Positions 28,039-40,000 of a DNA stretch of 64,000 nucleotides are shown here, piece after piece; within the stretch, counting starts at the first letter, position 1, and each line of letters begins with the position of its first letter. Origin of the DNA: Alphaproteobacteria bacterium (GTDB lineage Bacteria > Pseudomonadota > Alphaproteobacteria > JAJFIK01); the NCBI GenBank assembly GCA_050331455.1, contig JBHJGV010000029.1, forward strand, positions 21,596 through 85,595. The letters run 5' to 3'. A program made the translations under genes and the position numbers. The notes beneath the pieces are model-generated. The model worked only from the letters and a program-made list of their open reading frames with translations, ran no database searches and was not told the origin of the DNA.

Positions 28039-31000
28039 ATGGCTCAAATCACTGGCACCGGTGGAAACGACAACGGCATCGACAACCCCGCCCTGATCGG
28101 AGCCGGCGATGCGGACACGATCACAGGGCAGGGCGGCAATGACAGCCTGAGCGGACTTGGCGGAGACGACTCTCTTATTCCCGGCACCGGCGTCGATACC
28201 GTGGACGGCGGAGCCGGCAATGACACCATCGATCTGGGATCGATCAGCGGCACATTCGCGCCCGTCGAGATCTATGATGGGGGGGCGAACACGGACGAAC
28301 TGCGCGCCAACCTGACCAATGACACCCTGGACCTGACCCAGGCCACTTTGATCAGCATTGAAAACATTCTCATTACCGGAAGCAGCAATCGCACGGTGAT
28401 CCTGACGGCAGCCCAGATCGCGGGACTGTCCCGCATCGAGGGCGCCACGGAAATCCGCGTTGTCGGCGGCACCACGGTTGACCTGAGCGGCCTGACGGCC
28501 CCAGATGGATCCGGCCTGCCCACACCCATCGTGCTCGACGACGGCGACCAGACCATTGTGTTCGGCACCAACGACCTGACCGTGAATGGCGGCACGGGCA
28601 ACGACACGGCGGACCTGTCAGGGATCGCATTCCCCATCACGGTCAATCCGTCGGGCTCCGCAACCTTCACGGACGGTGGCGGCAATCTCGTCACCCTCAC
28701 CTTCATCAATATCGATACGATCACGGAAGGGAATCCGCCCCAGACCGTCAACGGCACCGGCGGTGACGACAATCTGACGGGTTCGGAGGATGCCGACATC
28801 ATCAATGGCTTTGCCGGCAACGATGTGATCGACGGCGCCCGGGGCGCCGACACCATCGTTTCGGGCCCCGACACCATCGGCGGCGGCAGCGTTGACCGGG
28901 ACAGCGTTAATGGCGGTCCGGGTGCGGACAGCATCACCGGCGGGGCGGGTCCGGACTCGCTGGTCGGTGACGACGGCAACGCCAGCATCGGCGAGAACGA
29001 CACCCTGATCGGCGGCATCGGCAATGACACGCTCGTGGGCAATGGCGGGGACGACAGCCTCGACGGCGGTGCGGATGATGACAGCCTGCTCGGTCAGGAC
29101 GGGAACGATGAACTCCTTGCGGGAGCTGGCAATGACATCGTCTTCGGCGGCGCCGGCACGGACACGTTGAGTGGCGGCGTTGGCGACGACATCCTGGACG
29201 GGGACGCCGGAGACGACAGTATCGAAGCCGGTGACGGCAATGACCTCATCGAAGCCTCCGAAGGCAATGACATGGTCGATGCCGGCGGCGGCGAAGACAC
29301 CATCCGCTTCAACGAAGGCGATGCGAGCCTGGTCGGCGGATCTGGCAACGACGTCTTCGACTTCGTGAGCTTCGCTGAAAGTGGCTCGCCGACCCTGGAT
29401 GGCGGTGCTGGCGACGACATATTCGAGACCACGTCACGAGGCGATTCCATCATCGGTGGTAACGGCGCCGATGATATTCGCGCGAGTGGCTTCGGTGGAT
29501 TGGATTTCATTGACGGCGGCGCCGGCAACGACACCATCGATCTTTACGGCACCGGCGTCACGGTGCTTGGGGGGGACGGTGACGATTCCATCACCGACGC
29601 GTTCAGGAGCGCTGGCGCATCGAGCATAGAAGGTGGGCTCGGCAACGACACCATTGAGAGCACGGCCAGTGCCGATACCATTGGGGGCGGCGAAGGGGAC
29701 GACCTCATCACGCCGGGTCTGGGCAGTGACAGTGTCGAGGGCGGGATCGGCAGCGACACCATTGTGTTCAACGGTCTGCGTGCCAATTACAGCATCAGCC
29801 GTGTCAATGCCGGCAATATCAATGAGCTGCGCGTCACCGACGTAACCCGTCCGAACGACAGAGATACGATTACAGGTGCGGAATTTCTGCGCTTCAGCGA
29901 CCAGGATTTCGTTCCGACCACGGCCAATACGGGCCTGTTGTTAACCGCGGGCAATGGCGGCAATACACTGACGGGCACGCTCTTTGACGACATGCTGACC
30001 GGCGGCACGGGCGATGACAGCATCGAGGCCGTTGCCGGTAACGATGTGGTGATCGGCGGAGAGGGCACCGACACGGTTGAGGGTGCGGATGGCAATGACG
30101 TCCTGTTCGGCGGCGCGGGAGCCGACAGCGTCGACGGCAGCGCCGGTAACGATTCGATCGAAGGCGACACGGGCGCTGAAGACAGCGGCGACAGCGACAC
30201 CCTGCGCGGCGGCGCCGGCAATGACAGCATGCTGGGCAATGGCGGAGACGACGACATAGCCGGCGGTGACGACAATGACACCCTGCGCGGACAGGACGGC
30301 AATGACAGCCTGCAGGGCGACGGCGGCAATGACAGCCTGTTCGGGGACGCCGGCGACGACACCCTTGAGGGCGGCGACGGGAATGACCGTCTCGACGGCG
30401 GCGTGGGCGTGGACAGCCTGGCCGGAGGGATTGGCAACGACACGATCACATCGATCAATGATGAAGACGCCTTCGTCGACGGCGGCGACGGCAACGACAG
30501 CCTTCGATTTGCGGAATTCTCGGTCAGGATTTCCGGCGGCGACGGCAACGACTTCCTGGATTTCGTTTCTTTCACGGGAAGCGGCAGCCCCACGCTGGAC
30601 GGCGGCGCGGGCAACGACGCCATCGAGACGACCTCGCGCGGAGACTCCATCCTGGGCGGCGACGGCGATGACGACATCCGGGCGAGCGGCTTCGGCGGAT
30701 CGGACACCGTGGACGGCGGCGCCGGCAATGACACCATCGACATTTACGGCAGCCAGACGACGGTCCTGGGCGGCGCCGGTGATGATTTCATTTCGGACCC
30801 GTTCAGATCCGGCAGTGCGGCCAGTGTCGATGGCGGCGAAGGCAATGACACCATCAGCGCCACGAACCAAGCCAACACCCTGACCGGCGGGGCTGGCGAC
30901 GACGAAATCGACGGCCGCGGCGGCGACGATACGGTCTTCTTCACCGGGACCATCGCCGACTACACGATCCAGGAGGGTGTTGATTCCGGCTTCGTCACCA

Positions 31001-34000
31001 TCACGGATCTGCGGCCGGGCGTCCCGGATGGGGTGGACCTGGTCCGGGGTGTGGAGACAGCGCAATTCGCCGATGGCTCGGTCACACTGAACCCCAACCC
31101 GCCCTCCTTCATCGTGGGCACGCCGGGCGACGACACTATCGTGGGAACGTCCGCGGGCGAACGGATCGATGGTCTGGCCGGCAATGACAGCCTGGGCATC
31201 ACGTCCGGCAATGACACGCTGAACGGCGGCGAAGGCAACGACACCCTTCGGTATTCGGAAGAAGACGTCTTGATCAGCGGCGGTCTCGGTGACGATTTCA
31301 TCGATTTCGCCACATTTACCGGAAACGGCAGCCCGACCCTCAATGGCGACGAGGGCAATGACATCATCGAATTGTCCAGTCGCTCGGACAGCGTCTCCGG
31401 TAGCGACGGGGATGACGATATCCAAAGCGGCGCATTTGGCGGCAATGATGTCGTCGACGGCGGCGCCGGCAATGACACCATCGATCTGCACGGCGCCGCC
31501 ATCACTGCGATCGGCGGCAGCGGTGACGACTTTATAGATTATATCAACACCAGCGCCGCGGCTGACATCACCGGCGGAACGGGCGACGACGCCATCGAAG
31601 GCACGCCCTTCGACGACACCATCGATGCCGGAGAGGACAACGACCGGATCACGCCCGGCACAGGCAGCGACTCCGTCGATGCGGGAACCGGTGCCGACAC
31701 GGTCGTTTTCAACGGCAACCGGGCCGATTTCATCATTACCCGGCAGAATGCCGGCGATGTGGACACGCTGATCGTTACCGATGTGACCCGCCCCAATGAC
31801 GTGGACACCATCACGGGCGCCGAAACCCTCACCTTCACGGATGGCGACTTCGTTCCGACCACGGCCAATACTGGTCTGGTGCAGACCGCAAGCGATGGCG
31901 GCGAGACGCTGACCGGTACGCCCCTTGACGACGTGCTGACGGGCGGCGCCGGCAATGACAACATCGACGGTCTCGCCAGCAATGACCTGTTGCGCGGCCA
32001 GGGCGGCGACGACACCGTCGTGGGCGGCGACGGCCGCGACGTGATCGAAGGCGGCGCCGGGCTGGACGATCTGTCCGGCGGGGCCGGCGACGACTCCCTC
32101 GCTGGGGACGACAACAACGGCAGCACCGGCGAGAACGACACCCTTCGCGGCGAAGCGGGCAATGACATCCTGTTCGGCAATGGCGGCAACGACCGGATAG
32201 AGGGTGGAACCGAGAATGACACCCTTGAGGGTCAGGACGGCGACGACGCGCTGCTCGGTGAGGATGGCAACGACAGTCTGCTCGGTGAGGGCGGTGACGA
32301 TTCCCTCGACGGTGGCCTGGGTAACGATACGCTGGATGGTGGTATCGGTTTTGACGTCCTCATCGGCGGCGACGGCAATGACCTCATCTCGAGCACCAGT
32401 GATGCCGACAGCAGCGTGGACGGCGGCAGCGGCGATGACTGGCTGCGTTACGCGGAGCACACCACGGAGATTCTGGGCGGGGACGGCAACGACTTCCTCG
32501 ACTTCGTCAACTTCGCCGGAAATGGTGCCCCAACCCTTGACGGCGGTGCGGGCGACGACATCATCGAGAGCACCAGCCGGAGCGACCTGATCATTGGCGG
32601 CGTGGGCAATGACAGTGTGCGCAGGGCCGGTTTCGGAGGCCAGGACACCATCGATGGCGGGGCCGGCAACGACACCCTGGAATTCTCCAGTGGCTCGCTC
32701 ACCACTGTGATCGCCGGAGACGGGGATGACGTGGTCGACTATGTCAGCGGCTCCGCCGCGGTGAATGCGGACGGCGGCGCCGGCAACGACACCATCGAAG
32801 GCACGGTTGCGGGTGATACCATTGGGGGCGGCGGCGACAACGACCGGATCACCCCCGGGGGCGGCGACGACGCGGTCAATGCCGGATCGGGCGAGGACAC
32901 CATCGTCTATTCCGGAAACCGCAGCGAATACTCCGTTGGCGGAACGGTCAACGGCCTCGTGATCGTCGATCTGCGCAACGGCAATCCGGAGGGCTCCGAC
33001 ACCATCACGAATGCGGAGTTTATCCGCTTTGCCGATGGCGACCTGCCCGTGTCCAGCGGCTTTGCAGGCCTTCTGATCAACGGCACCGGCGGCAATGACA
33101 ATGGCGAGCCGGGCGAGCAACCGGTGCTCGTCGGCACGATCCTGAACGACACCATCAACGGCCTCGCCGGCGATGACCGGTTGGAGGGGCTTGCCGGGTT
33201 TGACATCCTCAACGGGGACGACGGCGACGATACTTTGAACGGCGGCGACGGCGATGACGTGCTGGACGGTGGCACCGGCTTCAACGACATCGCCGAATTC
33301 GACGGTCTGCGCGCCGATTATCAAATCACCACGAATGGCAGCACCACGACGGTCATCGACCAGAACCTGATCGGCGGCAATGACGGCACCGACACGCTGA
33401 CGAATATCCGCATTCTGCGCTTTGCAGACCAGGACGTGGCCCTGTCCAACACCGCGCCGACCCTCGGCGCCGATACCCTGAGCGTGAACGAGGACACGAC
33501 CCTCAACACGCCTGTCGCCACCCTGCTGTCCAACGACTCCGATGCCGACGCCGATCCCCTCACTTTGGTCGGTGCCAACAATGCCGTGAACGGCACTGTC
33601 ACAGTCATCGGTTCTACCACGGTCCAATTCGTTCCGGCTGCGGATTTCAATGGTGCCGCCAGCTACGATTACACCGTCTCCGATGGGTTCACCACCAGCA
33701 CGGTCACGGTGACGGTAACGGTGAACCCCATCAATGACCGCCCCGTGGCCGGCGACGACACGGCCTCGACCAACGAGGATGTGGTCCTTGTGACGGGTGA
33801 TCTGCTCGCCAACGATACCGACGTCGACAACGACAGCCTGACCATCACCACGACCACCGTGATCACGAACCAGGGTGGGACGGCGACAAACAATGGCGAT
33901 GGCACCTTCACTTACACGCCGGCCGCCAATTTCTTCGGCAGCGATTTCTTCTTCTACAACGTGACCGACGGGAACGGCGGAAACGATTCCGCCCGGGTGG

Positions 34001-37000
34001 ACATCACTGTCTTATCCGTAAACGATGAGCCGGTAGCCGAGCCGGATTCCGCTTCGACCACGGAAAATGTCGCCGTCACCACACCGGATGTTCTCGCCAA
34101 CGATACGGATGACGACGGCGATACACTGACCATCACCGCCTTTGACGCAACGTCCGACCAGGGCGGCACGGTCACCGACAATCTCGACGGCACCTTCACC
34201 TATACGCCGGCAACGAATTTTGCGGGGACGGACAGCTTCACCTACACTGTGGCGGACGGTAATGGCGGTTCCGCCACGGGCACCGTCACCGTCACCGTGA
34301 CGGGCCAGAACAATGCGCCCGTCGCCTTGGACGACACGCTGACCCTCAATGAGGATATCAGCACCGTGACGGGCAATCTGCTCACGAACGACACGGATGC
34401 CAATGGCGATCCCTTGAGCCTTGTGGGCTTCGACACGGTCACAGCCAATGGCGGCGTGATCACCACGACCCCGTCCGGCACGGCCCTGCGCTACACTCCG
34501 GCGGCGAATTTCAACGGCACGGACAGTTTCACCTATACGGTGAGCGATGGCCGGGGCGGTACGGACACCGCCACGGTGAACGTGACCGTGACGGCGGTGA
34601 ACGACGCACCGGTCGCGGTCGCCGACACGACCGTCACCGCAGAGGACACGCCGGTCGTTACGCCGGTCTTGGCCGCGAACGACACGGATGTGGAGGGCGA
34701 CGTCCTCAGCGTCACGGGTTTCCCGGGCACTTCGGCCCAGGGCGGGACCGTGACCGACAATGCCGACGGCACCTTCACCTATACGCCGGCGGCGAACTTT
34801 ACGGGCACAGACAGTTTCACCTACACGGTGGAGGACGGAAACGGCGGCTCCGCGACGGGCACGGTATCCGTCACAGTCACGCCGGAAAACGATGCGCCGG
34901 TGGCCGGGGACGACAGCCTCGCAACGCTCCAGGACGTGCCTTTGGTCGTCCCGGGCTTGCTCGATAACGACACGGATGTGGACGGCGACAGTCTCTCCCT
35001 CGCAGGCTTCGACGCCGTCAGCACACAAAGCGGCTCCATTGTCTCCAGCGGTGCCAACACCGTCACCTACACACCGGCGGTCGGTTTCACGGGGACGGAC
35101 AGCTTCACCTACACCGTGGCCGACGGGAATGGCGGCACGGACACGGCGACGGCCACTGTCACCGTGTCTCCGGTGCCGAACCTGCCCAACCTGACCATCG
35201 CCAATGCGGTTCTGCCCGGCGGTGTTGAGGAACAGCAGGTCACGGTCAGCTACGACCTGATCAATAACGGGTCGGCGGATGCCCTGGGCGGCTTCATCAC
35301 CCGGCTGTATTTCTCCGAAGACATGGTCCTCGACAGCGGCGATGAACTGGAGCGCACCGTAAACTTCAGCGCGGATCTGCCGGCCGGCACCACCATCGGC
35401 CGGACCGCCCAGGTGACCCTGCCGGAAAATCCGGGCGAGATCTTCCTCCTCGTCCAGGTCGATGCGGTGAACTTTATTCCGGAAGGCTCCGAACTCGACA
35501 ATGTGGGTGTCAGCCCCGCCGCCGTCATCTCCCCGGAATACGACGCGGAAGTCACAGTCGCCCCCACATTGGCGCCCAACAGCCAGCCCTTCATCATCGA
35601 AGGGGTGGCCACGGATCTTCAGTCCGGTGGCGGCGCCGCGTTCGAATTCGTCACCATCGAGGCGGAAACGGATGGCGTGACCCGGACCTTCTCGGCCCAA
35701 ACGGACAGCCTGGGCCGCTGGTCCCTGCTCTATCAGCCGGGCCCGAAGGATGCCGGACCGGTGACCTTCGCTGCGCGCAATCCTGGCGTTCCGGGTGAGG
35801 ACAGCCTGCCGGAGGAAACCACCAGCCTGTTCGGCATGGACTTTGCCGAAACTTCCGTCAGCGGCACGGTCATCGAAGGGACCACGAAAACCTTCACGGT
35901 CAGCCTGGACAATCTGGCGGCGGTCGATCTGACCAATCTCTCTGTCAATCTGTTCGGGGTTAACCCGCTCCTCGATGTGGACGTCACCGCCCCAAACAAT
36001 CTGTCCGGAGAAACCTCGGTCGATGTGCTTGTCGATGTGACCGTGCCGGACAATCCGGGCTTCACCTTCGACAGCTTCGGGCTGCAGATCACCAGCCAGG
36101 AAGGCGCCGTTGCCGAGGCGCCGTTCAACCTGAACATCACCGACAATGTCCCAGTGCTGAGCTTCAGCGAATGGCCGCTCAATTCCGGCATGCTGCTCGG
36201 GGCGCAGACGCTGATCGATGTGGATGTCACAAATACGGGCGGCGACGACACGGGCGAGATCGTTATCACTCTGCCCGGCGGACCGGATTTCAGCTTCCTG
36301 TCCCTCGCCTCCTCCGAAACGATCGCCAATCTGGCCCCCGGGGAAAGCACGACAGTCACCTTGTCCCTGCAGCCCGAACAAGATGCGCCGATCGAGCTTT
36401 TCCAGGGCAATCTGGCCTTCAATTCCCCATTTACGGCCGCGAGCCTGCCCTTTGCCTTCAACACGGTCTCTTCGGAAACCGGCACCCTCGATCTCACCAT
36501 CGTGGATGAGCTGTTCTACTTCACGCCGGACATGCCAACGCTTGACGATGCCCGCGTCGTTATCCGGAACAACCTGACCAAGGAGATCGTGTTCCAGAGC
36601 GATGACGTGGACGGAACGGCCCTGATCGAGGATCTGCCGGTCGGCTTTTACGACATCGAAGTCAAAGCGGACGACCATGACGCCTTCGCCCGGACGGTCG
36701 AGATCAAGGCTGGCGAAACCACGACGCTCGAGGCGTTCTTGTCCCAGCAGGTGGTCAGCTACACGTTCACGGTCACGGAAGTGGAACTGACCGAGACCTT
36801 CGACGTCACGATCGAAGCGAACTTCAACACCGTCGTGCCCCATCCGCAGGTTCTGGTGGAGCCCACAGTCATCGATCTTGCCGGGCTCGACACCATCGGC
36901 GACAAAAAGACGGTCGATCTGGTGCTGACGAATATCGGCCTGATCCAGACCGAGGACGTCACCCTCAATCTGGGCAGCCATCCCTACTACAAGATCGAAC

Positions 37001-40000
37001 CGGCCGTGGATGTGCTCGACGTCCTGGATGCCCGCAGTTCGGCAAGCATTCCGGTGCACATCACCCGGATCGCCGACGGCCCGCCCAACAGCGCACCCTG
37101 CTCCCTTGGCGGCAATGTCCGCTACTCCTACGATGCCGGACCGAACGACGTGAACAAGGTCGTCCCGATCGGCTATATCAATCTTGATGCGCAATGCACC
37201 GGCGCCGAGGGCCAGCCCGTTCCCACCCTGTTCGGCCCGGGCGCCTTTTTCGACGGTACCCCCGGAACGTCCGCCGTCGGGGCCGGCGGCGTGAGCCTGC
37301 CCCCGCAGATCATCCAGACCGGCTCGGATGTCCCCGTCACGGTGCGCATCCAGATCAATCAGCAGGCCGTGCTCACCCGCCAGGGCTTCGAGGGACTGCT
37401 TGAGCTTGAAAACGCAAGCGACGAAGCGCTGACCAATATCGAGGTGTCGGTCGAGATTTTCGACGAAAACGGCGTCCTGGTCGGCGAAGGCGTTTTCGGT
37501 GTGACGGATCCGGAACTCGACGGCATCACCGCCGCCGACGGGACCGGCGTGCTGGCCGCCGACAGTGCGGGCAGCGCCCTCTTCACCATTGTTCCGAGTG
37601 CGGATGCGGCTCCGACGGGCCCGGAGAACTACACCATCGCCGGCACGCTGAAATACACGCTCGACGGCAACGACATCACCCAGCCCCTGGCCGGGACGAC
37701 GGTGGAGGTCCTGCCCGTCGCCGAACTCAATCTCGACTATTTCTTCCAGCGCGATGTGGCCTCGGACGATCCGTTCACGTCTGAAATCGAACAGGCCGTC
37801 CCCTTCGATCTGGGTCTGCTGATCCAGAATGATGGGGCCGGTACGGCCGGCGATCTGACCATCACCTCCGGCCAGCCGGAGATCATCGAGAATGAAAGCG
37901 GCCTCTTGATCGATTTCGAGATCCTCGGCACGGAGGTGAACAGCCAGCCGATCCAGCCCACGCTGACGGCCGATATCGGCGACCTGCCGGGGGGCGAGAC
38001 TGCGGTGGTGGTGTTCCAGCTCGAATCGAGCCTCCAAGGCAGCTTCTCCGACTATGAGGCCACTTTCGAGAGCGTGAACGATCTGGGCCTGCCCGAACTC
38101 AGCACCATCCAGAGCGTGGAAATCCGCGAACTGATCCAGGTGGTGCGCGACGACCGGGACGGCGCCGACGGCCTCGACGACTTCCTGGTCAACGAGGTGA
38201 TCGATTCGGATATCACGCCGGACACCCTGTTCCTCAGTGACGGGACGACCGAGCCCGTTTCGGTGGCCACGGTCACCATCATCGAGGGCGATCTGTCGGA
38301 CGGCCGGATCACAGTTCAGATGAACCAGGAAACCGGCTGGAACTATGCCTCCTTCGACGATCCGGGCCTGGGCGATTTCGTGATCGACAGCGTGACCCGC
38401 GCCGACGGCTCCACCCTGCCCGGCCGCAACGCCTGGCAGACGGACCGGACCTTCCCCTTCGATCAGACCGAGCGTCCGATCTATGAGGACAAAATCAAGC
38501 TGTTCGACTTCGCCGGCGCGTCGGGCACCCAGACCTACACCATCACCTTCGAGGATTTCGATCTCAACACGGCGCCCGATGCCCGGAACGACGCGGTCAC
38601 GACCGATGAAGACACCGCTGTGAACGGCTCTGTCCTTGCCAATAACGGCTCGGGTGCGGATACGGACGCCGATGGCGATCCCCTCACGGTGACGGACGTC
38701 AATGGCATTTCCGGCTTCGTGGGCACGGCCGCCGCGCTTGCATCCGGCGCGAAAGTGACCGTGAACGCGGACGGCTCCTACAGCTACGATCCCAACGGGG
38801 CCTTCGAGGCTCTCAACACCAGTGAGACGGCTACGGACAGCTTCACCTACACCGTCTCCGACGGCGAAGGCGGGACCGACAATGCCACCGTCTTCGTCAC
38901 CGTCACGGGCGTGGACGAGGATCCGTCCGTCGATCCGCGTCCCAACACGGCCCCCGATGCCAGAAATGACGCTGTTACCGTAAGCGAGGACCAGTCCGCA
39001 GGCGGATCCTTGCTTGCAGACAACGGAAATGGTGCGGACACGGATGCCGACGGCGACCCCCTTACGGTCATTGGTGTGGGCCCCGGCGGCACGGTCGGTA
39101 CTCCGTTCCTGCTCGCCTCGGGCGCCCGCCTAACCGTGGGCATCAATGGGGCATTCACCTACGAGACCAACGGCGCCTTCGAGATCCTCAACACCGGTGA
39201 GACCGCCACGGACAGTTTCACTTACACGGTGTCCGACGGCGAGGGCGGGACGGACACGGCGACGGTCTTCGTCACGGTCACGGGCGATACCGATCTGCCG
39301 CCGGAGAATCCGAACACGGCGCCGGATGCCCGCGACGATGGGTTTACCCTGGGTGAAAACGAAACCAAGACCGGGTCCCTGTTCGCCGACAACGGCAATG
39401 GTGAGGATACGGATGTCGACGGGGATGCCTTTATCGTCACGGCGGTGGATGACAAGGCCGCGTCGGTCGGCTCCACCATCACCCTCGCATCCGGTGCGCT
39501 TTTGACGGTCATCGGCAACGGCACTTTCACCTACGACACCGACAACGCGTTCGAATTCCTGAATAACGGCGAAACGGCCTTTGACAGCTTCACCTACACC
39601 CTCTCCGACGGCGAAGGGGGAAGCGACACGGCCACCGTCAACCTCACCATCACCGGTGAAACCGACGGCAATGATGAGGATAAGGGTGACGTCATCATCG
39701 GCACCAACGGCCCGGACACGCTGGACGGCGGGGCCGGCAACGACACCATCGACGGCGGGAATGGCAACAACGTCCTCAACGGCGGCGAAGGGAACGACTC
39801 CATCACCGGCGGCGACCGGTGGGGTGACGATACCGTCGACGGCGGGGCCGGTGCCGACACGATCCAGGGCGGCAGCAACAACGACTCCCTCCTGGGCGGT
39901 GCGGACGACGACTCCGTGAACGGCGGATATGGCACAGACACCCTCCAGGGTGGTTCTGGCAATGACACCCTCGAAGGCGGGGACAGGAACGACAGCCTGG

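Noticed and set aside
28039-33400. Considered whether the highly regular nucleotide repeats in the adhesin could be a CRISPR array or satellite DNA
   Set aside because: The repeats are in-frame codon repeats (GGxGxD nonapeptides, domain duplications) inside a single uninterrupted ORF. There is no repeat-spacer architecture and no cas genes.
29941-38037. Minus-strand ORFs of 1228 aa and 1341 aa inside the giant adhesin gene
   Set aside because: Antisense to an unambiguous RTX/VCBS repeat protein. The translations are Gly/Asp/Val/Ala low complexity, mirroring the sense-strand repeats. No independent start or RBS context.
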